DNA of 64,000 nucleotides. Source: Octopus vulgaris (Eukaryota). The notes under the pieces were generated by a model, which was given only the letters and a program-made list of their open reading frames with translations, did no database searches and was not told where the DNA came from. Position 1 is the stretch's first letter, and each line of letters opens with the position of its first letter. Shown here piece after piece: positions 13,506 through 28,819 of the stretch. The translations under genes were made by a program, and so were the position numbers. The stretch is from contig OX597832.1 in assembly GCA_951406725.2 (NCBI GenBank), positions 25,916,001 through 25,980,000 on the forward strand, in the 5' to 3' direction.

Positions 13506-13820
13506 TGGATCAGAATTGAGCTAGACAGATAGGCTCTGATCCTTTTAAATCTGCAACGATTTGTGTAGATTGTGCAGCTAAAATAAACAAACGCCGCTCG
13601 CAAATAAGTGCGTCGTGCAATCATGGAGGGCAGCAAGCAGCTGGGAGGACCTAGTTATCGGGGTTACGACCTTTTTCTTGCTTCTATTACGCAGAAGTTT
13701 ACTATTTGGTAATGAGGAATATAAACTTGGTCTTCTGAAATGTCATACGTCTGACGACAGAGCAATCTGATGATGCAGAGGTCGCTCTAATATCTTTACA
13801 CACACCACACACATACACAC

Positions 13821-13877
<57 letters not shown>

Positions 13878-14048
13878 TATATATATTTAATCTTTTACAT
13901 ACAAGTGGGTTCAGTTCCACTGCACGGTACACCTTGTGCAATTGTCTTCTACTATAGTCCAAAGACAGATAATGACTTAGTGGATTTTGTGGACGAAATC
14001 TGTACGGAAGCACGCTGTATATGTATATACATACATACATACATACAT

Positions 14049-14135
<87 letters not shown>

Positions 14136-14206
14136 CATACATACATACATACATACATACATACATACATACATACATACAAATGTATATATACATATAT
14201 ATATAC

Positions 14207-14238
<32 letters not shown>

Positions 14239-14383
14239 AGATATATACATACATATACATACATACAAATATATATATAGACATATATGTATGTATGAAT
14301 GTATGTATGTACGTACGTACGTATGTATGTATGTATGTATGTATGTATGTATGTATGTATGTATGTATGTATGTATGTATGTA

Positions 14384-14737
14384 TAGGGTGCGGTGAATAT
14401 ATTGTCGTCTAAATTAAGTAAAAATATAAAAATAATATGGCCATCTCATTTTAACAAATATATTTTCAAAAATTACATTAAAAATATCTTGAATTACTAA
14501 AGAGTAAATTTATTCAATGAAATCTCCATTGGCTTCAACTACGGCCTCCAGACAACATCGGAATCTCCAGCAACTCTTCTGGGTGGTCTCCTTGTTTAAG
14601 TTAGTAAATGCTGCCATAATCCTTGCCTTCAGTTCACGTTTGGTGTTACAAGGCGTTTCGTTGGTCTCTTGCTCAACTGCGCCCCACACATAATAATCAA
14701 GGGGGTTGCAGTCGGGGGTGGAGTTAAGTGGTCAAAT
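14384..14737 (-). mobile_element. DD37D (maT-like) Tc1/mariner 3' fragment with TIR
   Basis: Minus frame DCNPLDYYVWGAVEQETNETPCNTKRELKARIMAAFTNLNKET..EAVVEANGDFIE*. The terminus (C/T)AGGGTGCGGTGAAT abuts TA. Confidence 0.85.
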
Positions 14738-15180
14738 GGAGATCGTTGTGTCAAAATAGTATTAACAACTTTGTTGCAACCAGCATTACCAGGATTCGGG
14801 GTGGAAGGCAAAGAAGGAAATCGGCGGCAAAAATACCATCTACACTGACCTTATAATCCCCAAACTTAAAACATTCTTTGCAAATCGTTGACGGGGCTTA
14901 AATGTCACATTCATCATAAGCATTATGACTGACAAAATAAGGGTACGTTATTGGACCCTCATACGTCGAAACCGACGGAAGAGTCCGTCATATAAATGTG
15001 TGTGTGTGTGTGTGTATTATATTATATTACATTACAAAGATTAGAACTTATCTGCGGCTCTTGGTAGTCAAAATCGGATATGCAATCTATGAAGGTGTCT
15101 TTTCAGAACATTGTCTGGGTTAAAAAGCTACATCATGTGTATGTGTGTGTGTGTGTGTATGTATGTTATATGCTGCGTTG

Positions 15181-15225
<45 letters not shown>

Positions 15226-15399
15226 GTATAATTACAGACAGACATACAAACATACATACATACATGAATACATACATACACACATACATACATACATACA
15301 CACATACATACATACATGCATACATACATAATACATACATACATACATACGTACATACTTACATACATACATAAATACATACATACATACATACATACA

Positions 15400-15430
<31 letters not shown>

Positions 15431-15933
15431 GTACGTATGGTTGTGTATGGCTTCGAGCTTGACTCCATGCAGCTTTACAGCCGGGATGTCGATTCGTTTA
15501 CGCCTCCCTACCCCTAGCGGTTCGTCAATACAGAATCGATTATCTAGCAGACTAATAACTATAAGTGCTAGAATCGATCTGTTTGGCTAAATCCTTCAAG
15601 ATGAAACCACAAGCTCCTTAACCACATAGCCATGCTTGCACCTATCAAGACATTCCTTTAACAATACCGAAAGACTGACGTGTGTCAGAACTTCATAATT
15701 ATTTCCTTGTTGAATAAAGGAATTGTGTGTAGTAGCTTTCACGTCTGTTCATAAGGCACCATGTTAATGTGCTTCCATGCGACACAATGGATATGTCTAC
15801 CTACGTACGAGCAGATATTCTGACAGCTACAAATGAGATGGAGCATTGTCACTCGTTATATTAATTGCCAAGTTTGCAGTTGATTCTTGATTCCACCTAA
15901 AACGGAAATCTATACAGAAGAACATATACACAC

Positions 15934-15990
<57 letters not shown>

Positions 15991-16080
15991 GATAGATTTA
16001 TATATATATATATTATATATATATATACATACATATATATATACATACATACATACATATATATATAATAAATATATACG

Positions 16081-16116
<36 letters not shown>

Positions 16117-16188
16117 CATGCATGTAATATATATATACATATATGTACATATATACGTGCATACATGTATATACACATGTATACACCT

Positions 16189-16253
<65 letters not shown>

Positions 16254-16352
16254 TATATTATATATATACGTATTTGTATGTGTATATATATACGTATATA
16301 CAAACATCATCGTTCTTCCTTTTTTTTTCTTACTTCATATTCATATCATATT

Positions 16353-17012
16353 CAGGGTAAACTGTCACCGTGTTATATTTTTTAATTCGCGCATGCGCTT
16401 TGTTTGCTTTTGATTTTGTCGACTACACAGTATAGTAGGGTCAGTTGGGCACCATCTGTGAGAAAAACAGTACCATTATACAATTCACTCTACCACAAAT
16501 TTTAAAAACGACATGCTGTTCTGTTTGTCATTTGCGCCGGAAGCTCCAATAGAAATATTTCAGAGTGTTTGGGTGTAAATCTTAGGACATGTACCGAGAG
16601 TGATAAAAATCAAACATCCCGTCGATATCTTGGTGTTTGGAGTGATCACTAGCGATGTCGACGTTATGCCTCCATTCATCTTTTCGTACGGACTCAGGCT
16701 CAACACGGAGGCCTACACCAAAGTGCCTGAGGAGATAGTGCTGTCCTGGGTCAAGAGGGTGTCTTTTGGAGGACCCTATATCTGGCAATAGCACACTGCA
16801 CTGTCACACAAGCAGGAGAACCCAGTCATGTGTGTCAGACAATTTCTGTGACCACATAACTCCTAACATCTGGCCACCTAACTCCCCAGACTGCAACCCC
16901 CTTTATTATTTTGTGCGGGGCGCAGTTGAGTGAGAGACCAACAAAACTCCTTGTAACACCAAAGATGAACTGAAGGCAAGGATTATGGCAGCATTCATTA
17001 ACTTATACAAGG
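16353..17012 (+). mobile_element. DD37D (maT-like) element, internally deleted
   Basis: KHPVDILVFGVITSD..MPPFIF..GPYIWQ* then WPPNSPDCNPL..ETNKTPCNTKDELKARIMAAF. Same family as 14384-14737. Confidence 0.85.
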
Positions 17013-17658
17013 CGGCCGAAACAGCTGTCACATTTCAAACAGCTTTTAAGGACGCTAACAAGAGCAAAACACAAGTTTACGAGTGATTTTCACGCTTTAG
17101 GAATAGTCAATTGTCGCTTGAAAACCAACCTCGTTTAGGGGGACGGTCGACCTTCCAAACGAATGAAAACAACACGAAAATTCATAAACTGAACTTAGAG
17201 GACCGTCACCGAACAATTGACGAACTTGTTGACATGACTGGTGTGTCCTGGTGTTCCTTCCAAAGAATTTTGAGCGAGGAATTGCGAATGAAAAGAATTG
17301 CAGTAAAATTTGTATCTCGTTTGCTCACGGATGATCAAAAGCAGTCATGACTGAATGCGTGATCTGAAAGAACAGCTGTAAGTTGATCCGGCCTTTTTTT
17401 CTGAAGGTCATCACTGGTGACGGAAGCTGGTGCTACGGAATTTGCAGATGTGGAGGCGATGAAGAAAAAAATAACGGAGGTATTAAAAGGCATCATTTCG
17501 CAAGAGTTCCAGCACTGCTTCGAACCGCGGAAAACGCGCCTGGACCGATGTATTGCTTCAAATGGAGAATTCTTTGAAGGCGATAAATGTGTAAACACGT
17601 AAAACTAAGTAAATAAAATAATATTGCAAAATTCCGACTTCTTTTGGGTACCTCCATG
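17013..17658 (+). mobile_element. Mariner (DD34D-type) relic with large internal deletion and right TIR
   Basis: DRHRTIDEL..ILSEELRMKRIAVKFVSRLLT, VITGDGSWCYG, then directly [22 protein letters not shown]. It ends ...TTTTGGGTACCTCCATG-TA. Confidence 0.85.
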
Positions 17659-17659
17659 T

Positions 17660-17737
<78 letters not shown>

Positions 17738-17748
17738 GGATAGATAGG

Positions 17749-17823
<75 letters not shown>

Positions 17824-17850
17824 ATGTATGTATGCATGTATGTATGTATG

Positions 17851-17882
<32 letters not shown>

Positions 17883-18837
17883 ACATACTGTATTATACCC
17901 TTTACCAAACGGATACAGTGAAATACAAAAGCGCCTTTCTGCCGGCGCGTTTTCATTTTTATCTAGCCTGCCTTTTCATAATAGAAATAATGGCGTTAAA
18001 CAAGTGAGAACGCCATCAGAAAATAGCTCCTCACCAAACTACGAATGGCGTAGATTGAACAGAACTTTTTCTGATACCCAAACATTGCTTTCCTTTTCTA
18101 TATTTCTTTCTTCTTCTTCTTCTTCTTCTTCTTGGAATATCTTCATACAAATTTCCATACGAAACAAATTAGGTGTAAATCTATGTTCCATAGCGACGTG
18201 AAAAAGTAAACGTAGCTCAGAGTTACCAGATGCAGCAAGCGCCCGAACTGGCTTCCCGTATTGCGAATACATGAGAGTGAAGGTCACTTGACACATGCGT
18301 ATAACACACACATTCACACATACACACCCACACATACACGCTCACACATACACACATGCTTGTCTGAATATATATTCCTACACGAATCGTACACCATGAA
18401 TCTGTGTACATTAAAACAACTGCAAATATACACATATAGCAATACATACGCACGCGCACACACATACACGCACACTCACTCACACACTTATATATATGTG
18501 TATACATACATATATATATATATACATATATACATATATATATATATGCATAAATACATATATATAATATATACATACATATGCATACATATATACATAC
18601 ATACATAGATGCATACATGCATATATACATACATACATGCATATATACATACATACATACATACATACATGCATATATACATACATACATACATACATAT
18701 GTACATACATACATATATGCATACATATATACATACATGCATACATGCATACATGCATACATACGTACATATATACATACATACATACATACATGCATAC
18801 ATACGTACATACAAACATACATACATACATACATACA

Positions 18838-18873
<36 letters not shown>

Positions 18874-19051
18874 TATACATATAAATGTGAGTATATGTAC
18901 ACAAAACGTATTTGAATATAAATGTTAACATGTATAGTTCTGTTTGCGTGAATACACTAGGTTTAGTATATTCTGGAAGTGTTGCACAGCAGTGCACACA
19001 CACACACACACACACTTATATATAGAGAGAGAGACATGTATGCATGTTCTC

Positions 19052-19412
19052 TCGGTCGTTCGCACTTACACACACACACACGCAAACGCACACGCTTACA
19101 CACATTTACACACACAAACGCTCACACACACACTTATACACACACACTTATACACACACACTCACTTAAGCACACAAACACAAGCGCTCACACACACTTA
19201 TACACTCACTTACACCGAGAGAGAGTGTGTGTGTGCATGTGTGTGTGAGTGTATGTGAGCGTGTATGCGTATGTAAGTGTGTGTAAGTGTGTGTGTATAA
19301 GTGTGTGTGTGTGTAAATGTGTGTGTGTGTAAGTGTGTGTGTGTGTAAGTGTGTGTGAGCGTGCGTCTGTGTGTGCGTGTGTTTGTGTGTGTGTATAAGT
19401 GCGAGCGGGCGA
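19052..19412. repeat. Fold-back of interrupted (CA)n / (TG)n with unique complementary ends
   Basis: TCGGTCGTTCGCACTTA... pairs with ...TAAGTGCGAGCGGGCGA. CACTTA interruptions on the left mirror TAAGTG interruptions on the right. Confidence 0.75.
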
Positions 19413-20076
19413 AATTTTAATAATTACTGATATTTTTATATTTTATATATTATATATGTAAAACATAATATGTTATATACATGTATGTATATTGTTATAA
19501 TTGTCCTTTTAATAAATAAATAAATAACTGAGAGAATATAATTTCTAAAAGTTGATGAATACCACCTCTGCCCCCCCCCCCCATTTTCTTATTGGTCTAT
19601 AAATTAATGGTAAAATAACTCTTTACCCTTATTCATTTACTACACTTGGTAATATAATTGCCATTCAATGAAAAAACACTTGTGTATTAGTAATTGGGTA
19701 TTCTACCGGCAGTAGATTGGATAGTTATTATCCCTTCGTTGGTTTCATTCACAACCTCTAACTCTCTTGGAATTAGATATATATATATATAATTATTATC
19801 ATTATTGTTTTTACGTATTTTTGTATTCTTATTCGTGTAACCTCGTTCGTTTTTCCGTCCTTGTTTTGTATACATTCGAGGCTTTTTTCCAAGGAATCTA
19901 ATGCGCTTGGCTTAGATTTTCCTTTAGGGGCTGGCCAGATCGGAGCAATTTCAAGATTAATCAGCCGAAATTGCGAGGATGATCCGGTTCTTGACTGAAG
20001 ATTGAAGGCTTCGAATGTCCCGTCCGTGTTTTTTGTATCGTCTTCTAAATGTCTTGCGCTCCTGTCCCAGTTTGTA

Positions 20077-20155
<79 letters not shown>

Positions 20156-20156
20156 G

Positions 20157-20231
<75 letters not shown>

Positions 20232-20310
20232 GCTGGTTTTTAAATCTCTGAAAGAGATACACATACTAACAGTACTAAACAGTAATGGTTGTTATCACTT
20301 TTACGCAATG

Positions 20311-20360
<50 letters not shown>

Positions 20361-20611
20361 CATATATAGATAGCTAGATAAATAAATGAGTGTGTGTGTG
20401 TGTGGATATTACTATATTAAAAACGAAAAAAAAATTAAGGCAAAAAAAGACAAATTATTAAAAAGAAATTCCGATCTCGGTGAAAGACAAATTAATTAGC
20501 GGAAAATGAAAAGGAAGAAAATTTTTAAAAAACCGAAACAAAATCAGGAAACAAAACCAAAATTTTTTTAATTCAAAATCAAAGCAATACAAAGATGGAA
20601 GCAGAGGAACA

Positions 20612-21892
<1,281 letters not shown>

Positions 21893-22171
21893 TCTTCCCG
21901 TTCTCTAGTTTTCAAATTTCTTTCATAGTTCTGTGACGTTCTCTGGGAATTTGGGTTCTTGTTAGATTGGGCCAAGTTTCAAAGATGGCAACAATTGTCA
22001 TCTTCCTACACTGCTTTTGATGCTACTGTTGATTTTTACTGTTGCTGTTGTTGCTGTTGTTGTTGTTGTTGTTGCTATTATTACTGTTACTATCAATATT
22101 ACTAGTATTGCTGTAAGGCGGTGAGCTGCCAGAACCGATAGCTTAGCGGCATTTCGTCCGTCTTTGAAACC

Positions 22172-22750
<579 letters not shown>

Positions 22751-23214
22751 GATTATTATTATTAAGGCGACCAAATGGCAGAACCGTTAGTACACCGAGC
22801 GGAAGGCTTGGCGGCATTTCATCCGTCTTTTCTTTCTGAGCTCAAAATCCGCCAAGGTCGAATTTGCTTTTCGTCTTTCGGAGGTCGATAAAATAATTGT
22901 TATTCAAGTAAACAATATTGCTGGGTTTTTTTGTTGTTGTTTTTGTTGCTGTGTAAATGTTGTTGTTGCTACTGCAGTTGTTGTCGTCGTCTTCTTCTTC
23001 TTCTTCTTCTTCTTCTTCTTCTTCTTCTTCTTCTTCTTCTTCTTCTTCCAATCAGGACTCACGCCATTAGCCACAAAGAATAATCTCTAATTCGAGCCTA
23101 CTAAGAATGAGTGTGGCAACTTGAAGATCCACCCACCACACGCGATAGACTGGCGGTTGCTCGGGCGCGAAAGCTACGTTGTTATCCTCATTCCGTAAAC
23201 GGTGGCTTTTAACG

Positions 23215-23503
23215 GGTGGAGAGCTGAACCATCCTGGGGTACAGAGGATTCGCAATCTAGACTAGGGTCTGAAAGTTTACCACACTATGGTTCCTCTGCT
23301 TTGTGGCAGAAGTAGGAAGAAAGAGTGAGAGAAAGTTGCGGTGAAAGAGTACAGCGGGGTTCAGCACCCAGCCCCCGCCGTAGTCCCGTGGAGCTTAGGT
23401 GTTTTTGCTCAATAAACACTCATAATGCCCGATCTAGGAATCGAAACCGCGTTCTTACGACCGCGAGTCCACTGCCCTAACCACTGGACCATTGCGCCTA
23501 CAC
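23215..23503 (-). mobile_element. SINE family D (tRNA-like head)
   Basis: Reverse complement of 30213-30519. Confidence 0.85.
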
Positions 23504-24207
23504 TGCAGTTGTTGTAGCTGATGTCGCTGCTGATTTGCAGTTGGTGTTGTTGTTACTGTTACGGTTGTTTGCGGTGGTGCTGTTTTTGTTTTTTTCTTTG
23601 ATTTGTAGCTGTTTTTGTTATTTCAGCTGCTACTGCTGCTGCTGCTGCTGTTGCTGTTGACCTCGTTGCGTTTGTTCAGTACCCGGCCGACCGAGACCCA
23701 TCAAAATTACCATCGATCACATTCCAGCCGTTCAATTATTTCGTAATCGTACAGTTATACGTGTAAAAGTGGCGTACAAGGGACCACTTTATCTGCTAAA
23801 GATAGACACTACACTGACCCATGAGTGACCAACCAGCCTATAACAGATGGACACTGGTGTCTAAGTTGGCAGTCTGTGTGGGAGAAATTGATACTGGTAT
23901 ATGCGTGACCAGTCAAGCATATCATTGGATTAGAAGTAAGTATTCAGTTTCTAATGAATTAGAAAATAGTGATCACTCTGTCATAAACTCCTACTGATGT
24001 ATGACTGACCAGTGAGTCTAATCAAATCGATACGGGGGAGGTCTACGATTATTTGTAATTTGTCATCACAGTTTACAATTATCTTTAAAACACTTTTTAC
24101 TGTATCATATAGATGTAATTTTTGACGCTGAGTACGAATTTGCTTTTCATTTATTCGAGAAATATTTTGCAAAAATGTTACCGGTGTTCAAGGTTTGATA
24201 TTTTCAG

Positions 24208-24335
24208 AAACATGGTTCCAGGTTCAGTCCCACTGCGTGGCACCTTGGGCAAGTGTCTTCTACTATAGCCTCGGGCCGACGAAAGCCTTGTGAGTGGATT
24301 TGGTAGATGGAAACTGAAAGAAGCTCGTTGTCGCG
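24208..24335 (+). mobile_element. SINE family B fragment
   Basis: GGTTCAGTCCCACTGCGTGGCACCTTGGGCAAGTGTCTTCTACTATAGCC. Another degraded copy lies at ~24858-24995. Confidence 0.85.
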
Positions 24336-24396
24336 TGTGTATCGTTGGCGATATTTTTCCTCCGTCTTCCCTTCCTTTGTCCTTTCCTTTTTCTAT

Positions 24397-24431
24397 GTTT
24401 CTGACGAAGAGCTCCGCTCGGAACGTTAAAT
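24397..24431 (+). ncRNA. Minimal hammerhead-like motif, degenerate (GGAA instead of GAAA)
   Basis: GTTT-CTGACGA-A-GAGC-TCC-GCTC-GGAA-CGTT-AAAT. Confidence 0.5.
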
Positions 24432-25465
24432 CCTCCTTCTTTCTTTCCTCCCTATACATACCGATGCGTCCACTCCCCACTGATGATGGAAGAGGAAGCG
24501 AACGTGCTGTTTTCTGATTGGCTGAACATTCTGAAAAGGTGAGCTCTGATTGGATGTATGCAAATGAGTTCACCACTGGGGTCCGGAGCTCTCGTGGGAA
24601 AAATTTCGAAATCTCGACTCAATAAAACGTAAAGATACTTTGTCTAACCCTCTGCCGATGCTGCCATCTATTGCACCGACTTTGTTACTAAAGTCCCCGA
24701 TATTGTTGTTGTTGTTGTTGGTTTGATGAGGAGAAGGAGGTTGTTGACGAGAATTATAATAATTATTCGTTAAATTCCATTAGTAATGAAGACTTGTCAT
24801 GAATTAATAGACAGCTGACTGCTTTTGCAAAAAATGTGCATTAAAAGTTTGATCAAAGGTGCAGGCGTTGCCGAGTGGGAAGATATTTAGTTCTCAATCA
24901 CATGCTCCAGGGTTCAGTCCTACTGCTTGGCGTGCCTTGAACAATTGTCTTCTACTATAGCCTCGGGTAGACCAAAGCCTTGTGACTGGATTTGCAAAAT
25001 AAATGAACTTCGTCGTAGGAGTGGCTGTGTGGTAAGAAACTGTTCGTACAGCATAGCGGGTCTCACACAAGCACCACATCCCCCTACCAATCCTCATAGA
25101 TCAATTGAGCACCATCGCCATACGCAGCTAACATTAGGTACCTATACTTAGACTGAGATTAGTGATACTGCGTGTACCCAATGATATATGCAAGGAGGGC
25201 GCAATACGACACAACGCCATATTGATTGCGATGTTTCCAGATCAACACCAACATTTTAGATTAGGAATGTACAAAATCAGTCAAAAATTACGCAAGTTGG
25301 CAATACTTATGGCGTCATCGGTGAGCAGCTCTCCATTCACATTATACACTAGATTTCACATTTGTGACCCCTATCAACACGTTTAGAACAATTAGATTTT
25401 GCTGGAACGCACATTTTCTACTGAAATCAACCAGAGTGTTTTCATGAGTAGGTGAACACTAGTTT

Positions 25466-25611
25466 CCGCCGAGGTCGACTTTGCCTTTCATCCTTTCGGG
25501 GTCGATAAATTAAGTACCAGTTACGAACTGGGGTCGATGTAATCGACTTAATACCTATGTCTGTCCTTGTTTGTTGCCTCTGTGTTTAGCCCCTTGTGGG
25601 TAATAAAGAAA
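25466..25611 (+). mobile_element. 5'-truncated SINE family A with 17-bp target-site duplication
   Basis: TAGGTGAACACTAGTTT at 25449-25465 and 25612-25628. Confidence 0.92.
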
Positions 25612-25841
25612 TAGGTGAACACTAGTTTGATAGTTTTAGCTCTGACTGGCTGTATGCAAATGAGTTCATAACTGGAGTTCGGAACTCTCGTGGAAAAAAA
25701 CACTTTTCACTGCCCGGCCTTGTGCCTCGGGAGTAACTTTCTAGGTGCAATCCCATGGTCATTCATGACCGAAGGGGGTCTTTACTTTATTGTGGAAGTA
25801 CAATCAATTTATAGCACATATATTTTAGCAAAAATATCTTA

Positions 25842-25866
25842 CATGGACCCCCGTTGAGAACCACTG
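25842..25866 (-). mobile_element. hAT (Charlie-like) terminus
   Basis: The reverse complement reads CAGTGGTTCTCAACGGGGGTCCATG. The other end was not identified. Confidence 0.5.
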
Positions 25867-26667
25867 CGCTAGTTAGTGTTGGGGGTAATCTTAGTACAGT
25901 ATTTATTTGTCTCTTGAGTTCAAATTCCACCAAGTTCACGTTACCTCTCATTCTTCTGGTTTCGCTAAACCATGCAGCAATAAAAAACAGCAGAAGGAGA
26001 GGATGATGTTCATCATTTTAATTATCTTCACGCATTCCCCATCCATCCACCCCTACCGCCGACATACACTATTTCGACATTGAGCCAATGATAAAAAAAA
26101 ATTAAATTCTATTATAACTATTCCAATATTTTTTTTCTTTCTATTCAAATTGCCGTATGTTCCTACCAGAGATAACTTATTTTCAACATTTTTTTTATCT
26201 CACCTTTATATAATCTCTGGGTGTAGCGGTGATAGCGGTGGATATGATGTCGGAAAGAGAATCGGAAAAATAAGGTTAAGTTTGAATAAATATATTTCAA
26301 TTTATTTTAATCTGATGAATTTTTCGCCTACGGATAAAACCATACGACGGACATATGTGCTCCAGAAAAGAGCTATTTCTGCCATCTTTTTTGTTAATCG
26401 GTTTTTAATTTATTTTCTCTATTCTATTTTACGATTGCATCAAATAATTCTTTAACTCCAGCCATTTAGCTTCACATTTTTACTGCTTCCTTCTATCTGT
26501 ACAAGATTATATTAAATATGTTTATTTTTATATATGTATTATTTTATTCTATTAAAAATATTTCTTGTTTTTTTTCACGCTATTAAGGTTTCTGTGCCTC
26601 ACAAGACATATCGTGTCAATTACAGTAAGTGTTTTGTATTGGTATAATACAATCATAATAAAAACAC

Positions 26668-26740
<73 letters not shown>

Positions 26741-26742
<2 letters not shown>

Positions 26743-27100
26743 GGCGGCGAGCTGGCAGAAACGTTAGCACGCCGGGCGAAATGCTTTGCAGTATTTCGTC
26801 CGCCGCTGCGTTCCAAGTTCAAAGTCCGCCAAGGTCGACTTTGCCTTTCATCCTTTCAGGGTCGATAAATTAAGTACCAGTTACACACTGGGGTAGATAT
26901 AATCGACTTAATCCCTTTGTCTGTCCTTGTTTGTCCCCTCTGTGTGTAGCCCCTTGTGGGTAGTAAAGAAATAAGTATTACGTCTGTCGCTACGTTCAAA
27001 TTCCATTGAGGTCGACTTTGCTTTTCATCCTTTCGGGATCAATGAAATAAGTACCAGTTACGCACTGGGTCGATGTAATCAACTTAATCCCTTCCCCAAA
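26741..27100 (+). mobile_element. SINE family A dimer
   Basis: Full head, tail ...GCCCCTTGTGGGTAGTAAAGAAAT, and a second unit from ~26973. Flanked by (TTA)n. Confidence 0.9.
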
Positions 27101-27199
27101 ATTATTATTATTATTATTATTATTATTGGTGGTGGTGGTGGTGGTGGTGGTGGTGGTGGTGGTGGCAGCGACAATAGTAAGGTTTCTTTTGCGGGCATG

Positions 27200-27780
27200 G
27201 CCTCCTCAAATGAATTTTTTGCTCTCTCCCAAGAGAATAAAGACTCTAAATTGTCGAATGAGGATAAAATTAGAAAAAATCGAGGGGAAAAGGGTAGGGC
27301 TGGCTCCGACTCCTGAGATACTGACAGCTGCAGCCAGAAAAATAGTGTCTTCCAGATGCATTACCCTCAAATCTCGACGTCTGGAAACGACTACGAATAT
27401 CCAGATTGAAAAGGCCCAACGCATGATTTGACAGAACATTGGTCATATGTCGGGAACAAAGTAGTCTGGCGGGGCCGAAGTCTTATTTAAGACTGAGACC
27501 CCAGCAATCCAGCACTCGGTGGCTGCCCGACATAGTAAAGAGAACGTGCTATTCTCCACGTATTTGGGAAGAAGACGGTGAAAATTACCATACAATGGGT
27601 GCCACCAAGACTAGATTTGTGGTGGATTTTTGTTTGTGTGGTATTGTGTGAGAGCGAAAGTTTCCTATGGGTCAAGAGATCGAGGAGAGAGGACTGGACT
27701 GGGATGAAACTGGAGATGCTTCTCCATGTAAAGCCAGAAAAGCTGAAGAGAACTCCATGCCTGATCTCACTGCCTTCATA

Positions 27781-27781
<1 letters not shown>
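27200..27781 (+). pseudogene. Decayed ORF1 of a Tx1/L1-like LINE
   Basis: Frameshifted STYLGRRR/VKITIQWVPPRLDLWWI..EDWTGMKLEMLL..P..I.LP. It parallels the ORF1 relics at 30.9 kb and 54.0 kb. Confidence 0.55.
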
Positions 27782-27855
<74 letters not shown>

Positions 27856-27856
<1 letters not shown>

Positions 27857-28071
27857 CCTTTCTACTACAGGCACAAGGCCTGAAATCTTGTGAGGAGGTG
27901 TCTAGTCGATTTCATGGCCCCCGGTGTTTCATTGGTACTTCATTTATCGACCCCGAAAATACGAAAAGCAAAGTCAACTCCAGAGGCATTTGAACTCATA
28001 ACGTAAACCCGGAAGAAATGTCTCGAAGCACTTTGTTCGGAATATTAACGTTTCTACCAGTTTGCCGCCTT
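27856..28071 (-). mobile_element. SINE family A monomer (tail type B)
   Basis: Reverse complement of the family A head and body, ending in GGCCTTGTGCCTGTAGTAGAAAGGATT next to the (AAT)n tract. Confidence 0.85.
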
Positions 28072-28231
28072 AATCTTTCTGCAATAGTCATAATAAAAAC
28101 TTCTGTATGAGGTCCAATAACTTTTACGGAAATTTTTGGTCATCATTATTGAAGAACTGCATTATTCGATGGACGTTTGACTGCTATTTCTAGTAGGTCA
28201 TATGTTGCCGTAAAGTGCCTCTCAGTGATGG

Positions 28232-28262
<31 letters not shown>

Positions 28263-28754
28263 GTTAGAATTTTTGACTCCATTAGCAAAATGTCAAATAA
28301 AAACAAAATGGTGTTCTTCCGTTTTTGACGTCTTTTCACATATCACAATGATTTCAATACACATCACGATAACGACGACACGGAGAGACGTCTGATAACG
28401 ACGACGGCGATGATGATGGCGATGACGGCGATTGTGGCGACGGCGATGGTGGCGGTGTCGCTGACAGTGGTGACGACGATCGAATTGATGATGGAGGTGA
28501 TGATGACGATGATGATGGCGATGACAAGAACGCGGAGACGTCAGTAACGAAGGCGGTGTCGACGATGATAGTGATGATGGTAGCGATGGTAGCGAAGACG
28601 ACGACAACGACGACGAAGATGACGATGATGATGATGATGAGGAGGAGGAGGAGGAGGAGGATTTCTTGCTGCTCGTGCTTGTAATCAGGGTGACATTGAT
28701 TATATGAAAAAGAAACTGCAATGACAGGGATAACAACCAGATTTATTATTATCT

Positions 28755-28818
<64 letters not shown>

Positions 28819-28819
28819 C

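Noticed and set aside
13745-13780. CTGACGA-CAGA-GCAA-TCTG as a hammerhead
   Set aside because: The stem is followed by ATGA rather than GAAA, and there is no stem III.
14885-14995. Possible decayed hammerhead (TGACGG../..CCGTCA stem, GAAACCGACGG); similar remnants near 6597, 8600, 48063, 53513, 55435 and 59352
   Set aside because: Core nucleotides or stems are too degenerate to support by eye. They may be old cassette copies but need a covariance search.
17010-17035. GAAACAGCTGTC resembling a hammerhead stem III
   Set aside because: It lies in mariner coding sequence with no upstream core.
25160-25440. Possible CR1/L2 RT C-terminal remnant on the minus strand (YNVNGELL)
   Set aside because: Similarity is too weak and fragmented to call without a search.
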